From positions 6,748 through 70,747 of IMG/VR virus record IMGVR_UViG_2933330693_000001: a stretch of DNA of 64,000 nucleotides; one strand, given 5' to 3'. Of the stretch, positions 29,376-38,744 are shown piece after piece (the stretch's first letter is position 1; each line of letters starts with the position of its first letter). The notes beneath the pieces were generated by a model. It was not told the origin of the DNA, did not search any database, and saw only the letters and a program-made list of their open reading frames with translations. The DNA comes from a virus. Its lineage: Duplodnaviria; Caudoviricetes. The translations under genes and the position numbers were made by a program.

Positions 29376-29378
29376 GTC

Positions 29379-29756
29379 ATGACCGACTACACGCCGATCT
29401 TCTCTCGCGGGCTGCTGCCGTTCACCGCCACCACGTCGGCGACCGTGACGGGCGGCCAGTTCGTCAGCGTCTCGGGCAACGGCACCGTCGCCCCGGCCGC
29501 CGCCGACGCCGTCAACGTGGTCGGTGTCGCCGCCCACGACGCCGCCTCGGGCACCCCGCTCACCGTGCACCCGCTCGTCGGTGTCGTGCACGAGATGGTC
29601 GCCGGGACCGGCGGCATCACCGCCGGGCAGACCGTCAAGGTGGGCGCCGCCGCGAACGCGGTGCTGCCGATCGGCGCCGGCACCTACGACCTGCGGGTCG
29701 GTATCGCTCTCACCACGGCCGCGCAGACGGCGAAGGTCCAGGTCCTGGGCCGATAG
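29379..29756 (+). CDS. Capsid cement/decoration protein (DUF2190-like)
   Basis: VVGVAAHDAASG...GITAGQ...VGIALTTA. Confidence 0.75.
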   Translation: MTDYTPIFSRGLLPFTATTSATVTGGQFVSVSGNGTVAPAAADAVNVVGVAAHDAASGTPLTVHPLVGVVHEMVAGTGGITAGQTVKVGAAANAVLPIGAGTYDLRVGIALTTAAQTAKVQVLGR

Positions 29757-29773
29757 GGCCTCCAGGCGAAGCA

Positions 29774-29803
29774 GAAAAGCCCCTGCCGTCGGCGGGGGTT
29801 TTC
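29774..29803. terminator. Hairpin with A/T flanks between cement and capsid genes
   Basis: gaaaagcccctgcc-gtc-ggcgggggttttc. Confidence 0.5.
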
Positions 29804-29823
29804 GCATGTAAGGAGACAGGTAA

Positions 29824-30753
29824 ATGCCTGGAAGCTACCCGGCCGCGCCTCCCACCCTGAGCGGGGATCTGGAGACGATCAGCCGGTTTCTCAACAGCCC
29901 CACCTCTCTGCAGCGGCGCCTGCGCACGTTCCGCGACCTGCGGTTCGTCAGCGACCGGCTGCTCACCCAGCGGTTCCGCACCTCGGGCGGTGCGGTGCTG
30001 TACGAGATGGCGGAGCCTTTCGTGACCGACCGGGCTGTGACCGCGGTCGGCCCCGGCAGCGAGTACCCGGGCGCGAACGTGCCGACCGGCACGGCCGCCA
30101 TCGCCTCGGTCAGCAAGTGGGGCCAGAAGGTTCCGATCACCGACGAGGAGATCACCCGCAACGTGTACGGCGGCGCCGCCGTCGACCGGGTGCTGCGCAA
30201 GGTGGTCAACTCGATCATCAAGCAGGTCGACAGCGTGACGATGTCGGCCATCGCCAGCGCGGTGACGGACACGTTCGACGTCACCTCGGGCGGCGGCGCC
30301 GCCTGGACCGCCGCCACCCCGACGATCCTGCGCGACATCCTCGAAGCCAAGGCCGTCGTCGTCAGCAAGAACCTCGGCTACATGCCCGACACTCTCGCCC
30401 TCAACGACACCGCCTACGCGATCGTCATGTCCGACGAGAAGATCACTAACGCGCTGCGTCGGGAGACGCTCGACAGCCCCGTCTACACGGGCGAGGTCGA
30501 GGTCATCGCCGGGCTGCGCATCGTCGTCTCCCCGGCCATCACCACCCCGCTCGTGCTCGACAGCACGCAGCTGGGCGGCATGGCCGACGAGATGGCGTCA
30601 GCGCCCGGCTACGCCACCAGCGACCTGGCCGTCCAGGTCAAGAGCATCCGGGTGGACACCGCCGACAAGTGGGACCTGCAGGGCCGCCGCCTGACGGTGC
30701 CGATCGTCCAGGAGCCCGGCGCGGCCGTCGAGCTCACCAACACCGGCGTCTAA
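29824..30753 (+). CDS. Major capsid protein
   Basis: 309 aa after scaffold and cement genes; VGPGSEYP, KWGQKVPITDE, GYMPDTLAL. Confidence 0.85.
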   Translation: MPGSYPAAPPTLSGDLETISRFLNSPTSLQRRLRTFRDLRFVSDRLLTQRFRTSGGAVLYEMAEPFVTDRAVTAVGPGSEYPGANVPTGTAAIASVSKWGQKVPITDEEITRNVYGGAAVDRVLRKVVNSIIKQVDSVTMSAIASAVTDTFDVTSGGGAAWTAATPTILRDILEAKAVVVSKNLGYMPDTLALNDTAYAIVMSDEKITNALRRETLDSPVYTGEVEVIAGLRIVVSPAITTPLVLDSTQLGGMADEMASAPGYATSDLAVQVKSIRVDTADKWDLQGRRLTVPIVQEPGAAVELTNTGV

Positions 30754-30761
30754 GGAGGCTG

Positions 30762-31160
30762 GTGGTGGATCGCTATCAGGTGGTGGCGCCGTACGTGACG
30801 GTGCCCACCATGACGCAGCGCGGCCAGCAGGTCGTCGGCCTGCTCAAGGATGCGTTCGTGCCCGACGACGCTTCGCAGGAGTGGCTGGATCGGCACCTAC
30901 GCAAGCGGATGATCGCGAAGGTGGCCGGCTTCGACACTCCCGCACCGGCGCCTGCCCCGGAACCTGCTCCTGCTCCTGTGGTCAAGGAGTCGGAGAAGCG
31001 GGAGGAGTCCAAGGACGACAGTCCGACGGCGCCGCCCGAGTCCGGGCCCGGCTCCGGCAAGCAGGCGTGGGTCGACTACGCCGTCGCCCGCGGCATGGAC
31101 CGCGACGAGGCCAACGGCATGAGCCGTGACGACCTCATCGCCGCCCTGCGCGAGGACTGA
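30762..31160 (+). CDS. Head-associated protein with C-terminal HeH-like tail
   Basis: KQAWVDYAV...MSRDDLIAAL; AAGGAGG RBS. Confidence 0.6.
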   Translation: MVDRYQVVAPYVTVPTMTQRGQQVVGLLKDAFVPDDASQEWLDRHLRKRMIAKVAGFDTPAPAPAPEPAPAPVVKESEKREESKDDSPTAPPESGPGSGKQAWVDYAVARGMDRDEANGMSRDDLIAALRED

Positions 31161-31163
31161 CCG

Positions 31164-31814
31164 GTGGCCGACTACACCCCGCTGCAGACGGCCAACATCC
31201 TGCCCATCACCTCCACCGCGAGCACGTCCATCACGGGCGGCCAGCTGGTGGAGGTGTCCGGGTCAGGATCGGTCGCCCCCGCTACGGCGGACAGCCAGCG
31301 CGTGGTCGGTGTCGCAGCCCACGACGCGGCCAACGGGGCGCGCGTCACCGTCCACCCGCTGGCGGGGGGTGTGCACGAGCTGGTGGCCGGGTCGGGCGGG
31401 GTCACGGCCGGGCAGCCGGTCAAGGCCGGCGCGTCCGCCGTCGAGGTGCTGCCGCTGTCCGGGGGTGCGCTTGGCGCGCAGGCCGGGATCGCACTCACCA
31501 CGGCGGCGGCCGGCGGCAAGGTGCAGGTGCTCGGCACGGCGGCAGGGTCTTCGGGCCCGCTGTTCGCGTCCGCAAGCCTCAACTTCCCGGCCGTCGCCGC
31601 CGCGGGCCAGCAGGAACTGACCATCACCGTCACCGGTGCCGCGGTCGGCGACGCCGTCGTGCTCGCCCCGCCTGCCGCCCCGGATGCCGGTCTGGTGTGG
31701 GCGGGCCGGGTTTCGGCGGCGAACACGGTCACCGTCCGGGTGGCCAACATCACGGCGGCACCGATCGACCCGGCCGCGGCAACCTGGGGCGCCCAGGTCA
31801 TCAAGCGGACCTGA
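31164..31814 (+). CDS. Second cement paralog with C-terminal extension
   Basis: N-terminal 125 aa closely match 29379..29756; extra LTITVTGAAVGD...VSAANTVTVR domain. Confidence 0.75.
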   Translation: MADYTPLQTANILPITSTASTSITGGQLVEVSGSGSVAPATADSQRVVGVAAHDAANGARVTVHPLAGGVHELVAGSGGVTAGQPVKAGASAVEVLPLSGGALGAQAGIALTTAAAGGKVQVLGTAAGSSGPLFASASLNFPAVAAAGQQELTITVTGAAVGDAVVLAPPAAPDAGLVWAGRVSAANTVTVRVANITAAPIDPAAATWGAQVIKRT

Positions 31815-31887
31815 CGAGACGTGGCCCGGCCGGCGGTCTTCCCCGTGGCCGCCCGCCGGGCCACCCCCACACTGAAGGGAGGTCGCC

Positions 31888-32337
31888 GTGGCCGAGACGT
31901 GGCAGCCGAGCCTGGAGCAGGTGGCCGACCACATCCCCACCCGCACACGATCCGCCGCCGCGGCGCCCGGCGACGACAGCATGCTCGGCACGTTCAACGG
32001 CTCGACGACGCCGACTGACGAGCAGGCCACACGGCAGATCGTCGCCGCGGTGGCCGAGGTGCTTGCCGCGGTCGGCGGCACCATTCCCGCCCTCCCGGCC
32101 CACCTAGCGGCGCTCGCCTCCGAGGCAGCAGCGCTACGGGCAGCGGCCGACATCGAGCTCGCGTATCCGGACCGGCAGGCTGACGTCAGCGTGTACGAGC
32201 AGCTCGACAGGCGCGCCATCGCCGCCCTGCAACGCCTGATTGACGGCGTGAACGACGCCGGCTCCGGCCCCGAAGGCGCCCTGATGCCCGTCTGGGCGAT
32301 GCCCGACCCGGCCTGGTACGGCGACTACCCCCTGTAG
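31888..32337 (+). CDS. Head-tail adaptor (probable)
   Basis: Position; GTFNGSTTPT motif typical of actinophage adaptors. Confidence 0.6.
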   Translation: MAETWQPSLEQVADHIPTRTRSAAAAPGDDSMLGTFNGSTTPTDEQATRQIVAAVAEVLAAVGGTIPALPAHLAALASEAAALRAAADIELAYPDRQADVSVYEQLDRRAIAALQRLIDGVNDAGSGPEGALMPVWAMPDPAWYGDYPL

Positions 32338-32346
32338 GAGGCGACC

Positions 32347-32790
32347 GTGGCCGACATGACCTGGGTGTGGAACGAGCCCGAACTGTACCGGCTGCTCAAG
32401 TCCTACGAGGGGCCCGTCGGCCGGCACATGGACATCCTCGGAGAGAGGGTGAAGCGCGGAGCGCAACGCCGCGCTCCTGTCTCCGCGAACGGATCCGACG
32501 GGCGTCCACCCGGCTACCTCAAGTCCAAGATTCGGTGGGACCGTGGACGCGACCCTATCGGCCAGTACCGCGACATCTCCAGCCCCGCCCGCTCGATCCA
32601 CGGTGAGCCCGTCGGGTTGTTCATGGAGGTTGGAACCCGTCCTCACGTGATCCGGCCGCGCAACCCGAACGGCTGGCTGCGGTGGATCGGCGGCGACGGC
32701 AAAGTCCGATTCGCGAAGAAGGTCAACCACCCCGGCACCCGGCCCTACCCTCACCTGCGGCCCGCCCTCGAAGACCTGCGAGGCGCATGA
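32347..32790 (+). CDS. HK97 gp10-like head-tail protein
   Basis: AQRRAPV..GYLKSKI..EVGTRPHVI..VNHPGTRPYPHLRPAL. Confidence 0.75.
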   Translation: MADMTWVWNEPELYRLLKSYEGPVGRHMDILGERVKRGAQRRAPVSANGSDGRPPGYLKSKIRWDRGRDPIGQYRDISSPARSIHGEPVGLFMEVGTRPHVIRPRNPNGWLRWIGGDGKVRFAKKVNHPGTRPYPHLRPALEDLRGA

Positions 32791-33212
32791 TGGCCGGCTA
32801 CGTCGCCGCGGTCACCATCGTCCGTACCTGGCTCAACAGCCTGACCAGCACGCTCGTCGGCCCGGGCCGGCCGATCCCGCTCGGCGCGCTCCGCGCCCAC
32901 CCGCGCTCGCCCGGCCACGGCGCCTACCTACTACTGACCCGCATCGGCCGCGCCGGCGACCTGGTCGCCGAGGACCTCATCGACAGCCCCCGCATCTCCG
33001 CGTCGATCTACGCAGGCACCGACGAGGCCGCCGAGCTGGCGGCGGTCGCCTACGCCAACACCCTCGCCGCCCTCTCTGGAACGCCCGCGGTGATGGGCGA
33101 CCGGCGGTGCCTGGCCGCCGACGACGTCGTGGGGCCGCTGCTCGTCGACAACCACGACAGCGAGCGCGAGCAGTGGCAGTACCTGGTCGACGCGTCCTTC
33201 TTCATCTACTGA
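32787..33212 (+). CDS. Tail terminator (probable)
   Basis: Position; LLTRIG..DSPRISASIY. Confidence 0.55.
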   Translation: MMAGYVAAVTIVRTWLNSLTSTLVGPGRPIPLGALRAHPRSPGHGAYLLLTRIGRAGDLVAEDLIDSPRISASIYAGTDEAAELAAVAYANTLAALSGTPAVMGDRRCLAADDVVGPLLVDNHDSEREQWQYLVDASFFIY

Positions 33213-33237
33213 TCCCGCCCTGACCTGGAGGTTCTCG

Positions 33238-33567
33238 ATGGCGGCTCTACCCCTGCAGGTGATGCAACCGGGAGGCGCGGCGATCACGCTCGCTGCGGCG
33301 TCCGGCGGCGGCGACACATGCCCGGCCGGCGACGAGATCTTCCTGGAGGTCCTCAACGGCAACGCTGCGGCGCGCACGGTCGTCATGGCGACGCCGGGCA
33401 CCGTGAGCGGGCTGGCCATCGCCGACCGGTCGGTGACCATCCCCGCCGGTGAGCGGTGGCACATCCCGGTCCCGCGGATGTTCGCGAGGGCGGACGGCCG
33501 GTGCGATCTGACGTACACACCGGACGCCGCGTCGGTGACCATCGGCTGCTTCAAGTACGCGTCATGA
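33238..33567 (+). CDS. Small beta-rich virion protein
   Basis: GGDT..FLEVLNG..TPGTV..DRSVTIPAG. Confidence 0.55.
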   Translation: MAALPLQVMQPGGAAITLAAASGGGDTCPAGDEIFLEVLNGNAAARTVVMATPGTVSGLAIADRSVTIPAGERWHIPVPRMFARADGRCDLTYTPDAASVTIGCFKYAS

Positions 33568-33833
33568 TGGCCAGCCGCCGCGACGGGAAGTCGCCCACCA
33601 CCGACCCGGCTCCTGCCGCGCCGCCGTACTACATCGCCATCGCGCCGCTGTTCATCGGAGGCCAGTTCGGCAGGGCGTTCAACCTCGGCGACCAGGTGCC
33701 GCCCGAGCACGTCGAGCGGTACGGCTGGCAGGCCAAGGTCCGCCTCCCCGACGGCTACGAGGCCGCCGACCAGCCCCCAAGCGAGCCTGAGACCGAGACC
33801 GGCCAGGCCACCAGCAAGGAAGGTGAAGCCTGA
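33564..33833 (+). CDS. Hypothetical protein
   Basis: Coupled; RAFNLGDQVPPEHV. Confidence 0.5.
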   Translation: MMASRRDGKSPTTDPAPAAPPYYIAIAPLFIGGQFGRAFNLGDQVPPEHVERYGWQAKVRLPDGYEAADQPPSEPETETGQATSKEGEA

Positions 33834-34387
33834 TGGCTCGTGGAAACCCGAACGCGATCGCGCTCGGCCCCGGCAAGCTGTACATCGCCGTGCTCGGCAC
33901 CCCTGAGCCTGCCGACCTGACCACCTCGTGGGAGAGCGTGTCGCCGAACTGGGTGCCGCTCGGCTACACCGACGAAGGCTCGTCGTTCGCCTACTCGGTG
34001 GACTCCGAGAACGTCGAGGTCGCCGAGGAGCTCGACCCCGTCGCTGTCGCGCTCACCAGCCGCGAGGGCACCGTCTCCTTCGCCTTGGCCGAGATGACGG
34101 CGAAGAACCTGCAGCGCGCCCTCAACGGCGGCAGCATCGTCGCCGGAACTGGGATCGTCACCTTCGAGCCGCCGGATCTTGGTGAGGAGGTCAGGGTGAT
34201 GCTCGGCTTCGAGAGCGAGGATGGCGAGGAGCGGTGGGTGTACCGCAAGGCGCTGCAGACGGGCGGCCTGGAGATCAACCGGCGCAAGGGTGCGGAGAAG
34301 GCCGTCATTCCGTGCGAGTTCAAGCTGGAGAAGCCTGCGGCGGCCAAGCTGTTCAAGGTCCTCATGGATGAGGCGAGGGCGGCCTGA
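33833..34387 (+). CDS. Major tail (tube) protein
   Basis: GPGKLYIA..WVPLGYTDEG..VSFALAE. Confidence 0.8.
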   Translation: MARGNPNAIALGPGKLYIAVLGTPEPADLTTSWESVSPNWVPLGYTDEGSSFAYSVDSENVEVAEELDPVAVALTSREGTVSFALAEMTAKNLQRALNGGSIVAGTGIVTFEPPDLGEEVRVMLGFESEDGEERWVYRKALQTGGLEINRRKGAEKAVIPCEFKLEKPAAAKLFKVLMDEARAA

Positions 34388-34854
34388 TGCGCTCCTACAA
34401 CAGCAAGGGCCGCAAGACTGATCGCGTCCGCCCCAAATTCGAGCTCGACGGCGAGGTCTTCGAGGGCGAGGGCACCGTCTCGCTCATGGACCTCAGCGAG
34501 TTCGCCAGGCTGGCCGCCGAGGGGTTCGACGACGGCAGCCCGGAGGGCGTAGGCATCCTGGCCGACATCTACCGCAGCCTGCTCGGCCCGGCCGAGTACG
34601 CCCGTTTCCGCCGTCACTGCCGCGAGCACGACGTGGACGGCGGCCTCCTGGTGGAGATCATCGCGGGCACCATGGCGGAGGCGAGCGAGGACGCCGGCCG
34701 CCCTACGGGGCGGCCCTCGGACTCGCCCGATGGGCCGCCGGAAGGTGGGGGTACTGCTCGGGTCGTTTCCTTGCAGCGGGGCACCGTCGAGGAGAAGCCA
34801 GCGGAGGAGGCGACCGCGGAGCCGGAGACCCGGCGAGTGGTCTCCTACGGCTAG
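34387..34854 (+). CDS. Tail assembly chaperone (G)
   Basis: Between tail tube and tape measure; FELDGEVF, GRPT. Confidence 0.75.
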   Translation: MRSYNSKGRKTDRVRPKFELDGEVFEGEGTVSLMDLSEFARLAAEGFDDGSPEGVGILADIYRSLLGPAEYARFRRHCREHDVDGGLLVEIIAGTMAEASEDAGRPTGRPSDSPDGPPEGGGTARVVSLQRGTVEEKPAEEATAEPETRRVVSYG

Positions 34855-35102
34855 AAGATCTCCCGCTCCGCGACCAACTCGATTTCGTCCACGCGCTGTG
34901 GATCGAGTGGCGTGAGCAGACCATCCAGAGCACCGCGCTGCTCGCCCTCGCGGGCATCGCCGACAAGGTCGAACGCGACGCCCATCAGGCGTTCGACGAG
35001 ACGTTCTCGCCGCCGCCCCCACCGGCGCCGCGCCGCCCGCGCACGCCGGAGGAGCGCGAGGCGCGCAGGCTCCTGATCGCCCGCTTCGCCGCCGCCGGAT
35101 AG
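34701..35102 (+). CDS. Frameshift extension of tail assembly chaperone (T; -1 frame)
   Basis: Open -1 frame PYGAALGLARWAAGRW...DLPLRDQLDFVHALW...FAAAG* with no ATG; not in ORF track. Confidence 0.6.
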   Translation, partial: PYGAALGLARWAAGRWGYCSGRFLAAGHRRGEASGGGDRGAGDPASGLLRLEDLPLRDQLDFVHALWIEWREQTIQSTALLALAGIADKVERDAHQAFDETFSPPPPPAPRRPRTPEEREARRLLIARFAAAG

Positions 35103-35132
35103 CCACAGCACAAGACAACCGGCGGGGGGTGC

Positions 35133-38100
35133 ATGATGCCCGGTACCCCGCTGGCGGAGGCATTCGTACGCGTACGAGCCCTCACCGACAAGTTCAAGGA
35201 CGACGTCCAGAAGGGCTTCGAGGGCGTCGGCGACGACTTCGGCAAGCAGTTCACCCGCGATGCGTCCGCACGCCTGAAGGCCGAGCGGGGCGTCTTCGAG
35301 GCCGAAGGCGAGCAGATCGGCGGCGCCTCCGGGTCGGCGGCTGGCCGGGAGTTCGCCGACCGGATGAGGGAAAACGGCGTCAAGTTCGGCGACGACGCCA
35401 GCCCCTTCGTGGCCATCGGCAAGAAGCTGGGCGCCGAGGTCGGCGACGCCGCCGGCCGCGAGTTCGCCAAGGCCATGGGCAAGGAGGCGTCTGCAGGCTT
35501 CTCGCAGGCGCTCGACCCGATCAAGCGATTCCAGCTCCAGCTCGCGCAAGCGGAGCTGGCGGCGCGACGCATGGGCCTGGCGGCGAAGGAAGCTGCCGAG
35601 CGGGCCGAGGCCGCGAGCAAGAAGGCGGCTGAGGCGGCCGAGCAGGTCACCAAGGGGGAACTCGGCAAGGAGGAAGCGACCCGTCTGGCTGCTCTGGCTG
35701 CGCGCGAGCAGGAGAAGGCGGAGATCGCGGCGACGACCGCGGCGCTGGCGAAGGCGAAGGTGTCTGAGCGGGCGGCGCAGGTGTCGCAGGCGTACGCGAA
35801 GGCGCAGGCTGACGCGAGCCGGGAGACGGACAAGCTCAGCGCCGCTGTCCGGTCCCGGCTCAACCCGGATCTTGACCGGTCCGGCTCGGTGATGAGCGGC
35901 CTGCTCGGCATCTCGAAGAGTCTGGGCGGGGCGTTCGCCAGCGCCGCGTCTTCGTTGTCTCTGGTGGGGGCTGGGGCCGCTGGTGTGGCCGGGCTGGGGG
36001 CTGCGGCGGCGTCAGCGACCGGGTTCGTGGTGACGCTCGCGGCCGAGCTGGCGCCGCTGGGCGGGCTGCTCGCGGCGCTGCCCGGCGTCGCCTTGTCCGG
36101 GGCGGCGGCGTTCACGACGTGGAAGCTGGCCACCGGCGGGCTCGGCGAGGCCATGGGCGCCGCCCTGTCGGGCGATGTCAAGAAGCTGGATGCGGCGCTC
36201 GGGCAGCTCAGCGACAGCGGCCGGGCGTTCATCGGCGAGTTCCAGCAGACCATCCCGCTACTGAAGGGCTTCAAGGCCGCCGCGCAGGACGCCTTCCTGT
36301 CCCCGATCAGCGGCCGCCTCGCCGAGTGGGCGACGGCCGTAGCGGCGCTCAAGCCTGCCGTCGCCGGGCTGGCCGGCGAGTTCGGCGGCATGGTCCGCAC
36401 GGTCCTCGACTTCGCGACCGCATCGCAGTCGATCGCCCAGCTCGGCACGGTGCTGGGCGACACCCGCACCCTGCTCGGCGGCATCCGCGAGGCGTTGCAG
36501 CCGCTCCTGACAGGCTTCCTCGACCTGGGCGCGGTCGGCACGTCGTGGCTGGCCGGCATGTCGGGCGGACTCACGGACGTGCTGACGAAGTTCGGCCAGT
36601 GGATGTCCCGCATCGCGGAGTCGGGTCAGGCGTGGGCGTGGATGGACGCGGGCCTGGTCGTGCTCAAGCAGCTCGGCACCCTGTCCAAGGACCTCGTCGG
36701 CATCCTCTCCGGGATCTTCCAGGCGGCGCGGGAGGGCGGCACGAGCGCGCTGGGCGTGCTGGGCCAGCTCGTCTCGACGTTCAATCAGTGGGTCAATTCG
36801 GCTGGCGGCCAGCAGGTTCTCGTCACCGTCTTTCAGGCGCTCGACAAGGTCGGCCGTGCCCTGACCCCGGTGATCAACTCGCTGGGCGGGGCGATCGCGG
36901 CTATCGCCCCGGAGGCGGCCAAGGTGGCGACCGCTCTCGGCCCGGTGCTGGCCAAGGCGGTCGAAGTGCTCGGCAAGGGCATCGCTGCCATGGGCCCTGG
37001 GCTGGTCGCGATGGTGGAGGGGTTCGGCCGCATGGTCTCCGCGATCGGCCCGCTGGAGCCGCTCGGCCGGGCGCTCGGCGACGTGTTCGCCGCCCTCGGT
37101 GGCGCGCTGGCGCTGGTGGTGCCCGAAATCGGGAAGATCGCGTTGGCGCTGGCCCCCGCGCTGACAGCTGCTTTGAAGGCACTGGGGCCCGCGCTGGCAG
37201 CTCTCGGCCCTGGGCTGGTGGCGGTGGCGCAGTACTTGGCCAAGGCGTTCGCCGACCCCGCCATCGCGGCCGGGCTGCTCGCGCTGGGCAAGGGCATCGC
37301 CGACGTGCTGATCGCCGCCGCCCCCCTGCTGCCGGTGATCGCTCAACTGGCGGGCATCCTGGGCCAGGTCCTCGGCGGCGCCCTGACGAATCTCGGCGTG
37401 CTGCTGGGGCCGATCATCGCGGCGCTCGGCTCCGCGTTGGAGCCAGCTCTGCGGGCCGTCTCAGGCGCGCTGGGCATGCTGATTCCGCTGATGGAGCCGA
37501 TCTACAAGGCGTTCGGCGACATCGGCGCCGCGTTGATCACGCAGCTGCTGCCGCCGTTGCTGAACCTCATTCCGGTGATCATCAATTCGGTGATTCCAGC
37601 GTTCGCGCAGGTCGCCATGCAGATGCAGCCGTTGATTCCGCTGCTGGCCGACATCGCGGTCAAGTTGATCGAGATGCTGCCGGCCGTGCTGCCGGTGATA
37701 CCGCAGCTGACGGAGCTGGCTCTAGCGATCACGAGGGTGGGCCTGGTGGTGGCCGAACTGGTGGTCGCCGTCGCGCCGGCCGTCGAGCGGATCATCGGCG
37801 TTTTCCAGCACCTGTATGACACGCTGGTCGGCCACTCCATCATCCCCGATCTGATCAACGGGATGACGAAGTGGTTCCGCGACGGAGTCCAGTGGATCAA
37901 GGACGCCGTGTCGTGGTTCGGCCAACTGCCCGGCCTGATCGGAGGCTGGATGGGGTCCGTCCTCACCCAGGTCACCTCGGCCTGGAACAACATCCGGTCG
38001 ACGATCTCGGAGCGGATCGACAACATCCGGCAGACGATCTCCAACACGCTGAACAGCATCAGCGGCAACTGGCAGCAGGCGTGGGACGGCGCCCGCAACT

Positions 38101-38744
38101 ACGTCTCCGGCGCCTGGAACAACATCCGCAACGCCGTCGGCAGCGGCATCAGCTCCGTGCTCGGCACGGTCTCCGCGCTGCCGGGCCAGATCCAGGGGGC
38201 GCTCGGCGATCTCGGCGGACTGCTGTACAACTCCGGCCGGTCGATCATGCAGGGGCTGATCAACGGCCTGTACAGCATGTGGCAGGCCGCCTACAACTCC
38301 GCCAGCGAGATTCTCAACCACATCCGCAACCTCTTCCCGAGCAGCCCTGCCAAGGAAGGCCCCTTCAGCGGGAAGGGCTGGACGCTTCACTCCGGCCGGT
38401 CGATGATGACCGGCCTGGCCGACGGCATCGCGGGCCAGCAGGCAGCGGTCACGGGCGCGCTCGACGGCGTGCTCTCGGCCGGGGCCGCGACGCTGGGTGC
38501 AGGGTTGCAGGTGCCGTTGGCGGCGATGGCAGGACCGACGAGTGCGCCGGACTTCGCGGGCCCGTTCGGTGGTCCGGTTGGCGCGTCGCCGGTGGCTGCG
38601 GCTGGGGCCCGGGTGGTCAACGTGGAGAACCTGATCGTGCAGGGCGTGCTTGATCCCAGCAGCCCGGTGAGCTACAGGCGGATGGTGGAGCGGCTGCGCG
38701 AGGCGATCCGTGAGCTGGAGCAGGAGGAGTACGCCAATGGCTGA
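35133..38744 (+). CDS. Tape measure protein
   Basis: 1203 aa, Ala/Gly/Leu-rich; AEAFVRV N-terminus; W-periodic repeats; FPSSPAKEGPFSGKGW. Confidence 0.92.
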   Translation: MMPGTPLAEAFVRVRALTDKFKDDVQKGFEGVGDDFGKQFTRDASARLKAERGVFEAEGEQIGGASGSAAGREFADRMRENGVKFGDDASPFVAIGKKLGAEVGDAAGREFAKAMGKEASAGFSQALDPIKRFQLQLAQAELAARRMGLAAKEAAERAEAASKKAAEAAEQVTKGELGKEEATRLAALAAREQEKAEIAATTAALAKAKVSERAAQVSQAYAKAQADASRETDKLSAAVRSRLNPDLDRSGSVMSGLLGISKSLGGAFASAASSLSLVGAGAAGVAGLGAAAASATGFVVTLAAELAPLGGLLAALPGVALSGAAAFTTWKLATGGLGEAMGAALSGDVKKLDAALGQLSDSGRAFIGEFQQTIPLLKGFKAAAQDAFLSPISGRLAEWATAVAALKPAVAGLAGEFGGMVRTVLDFATASQSIAQLGTVLGDTRTLLGGIREALQPLLTGFLDLGAVGTSWLAGMSGGLTDVLTKFGQWMSRIAESGQAWAWMDAGLVVLKQLGTLSKDLVGILSGIFQAAREGGTSALGVLGQLVSTFNQWVNSAGGQQVLVTVFQALDKVGRALTPVINSLGGAIAAIAPEAAKVATALGPVLAKAVEVLGKGIAAMGPGLVAMVEGFGRMVSAIGPLEPLGRALGDVFAALGGALALVVPEIGKIALALAPALTAALKALGPALAALGPGLVAVAQYLAKAFADPAIAAGLLALGKGIADVLIAAAPLLPVIAQLAGILGQVLGGALTNLGVLLGPIIAALGSALEPALRAVSGALGMLIPLMEPIYKAFGDIGAALITQLLPPLLNLIPVIINSVIPAFAQVAMQMQPLIPLLADIAVKLIEMLPAVLPVIPQLTELALAITRVGLVVAELVVAVAPAVERIIGVFQHLYDTLVGHSIIPDLINGMTKWFRDGVQWIKDAVSWFGQLPGLIGGWMGSVLTQVTSAWNNIRSTISERIDNIRQTISNTLNSISGNWQQAWDGARNYVSGAWNNIRNAVGSGISSVLGTVSALPGQIQGALGDLGGLLYNSGRSIMQGLINGLYSMWQAAYNSASEILNHIRNLFPSSPAKEGPFSGKGWTLHSGRSMMTGLADGIAGQQAAVTGALDGVLSAGAATLGAGLQVPLAAMAGPTSAPDFAGPFGGPVGASPVAAAGARVVNVENLIVQGVLDPSSPVSYRRMVERLREAIRELEQEEYANG

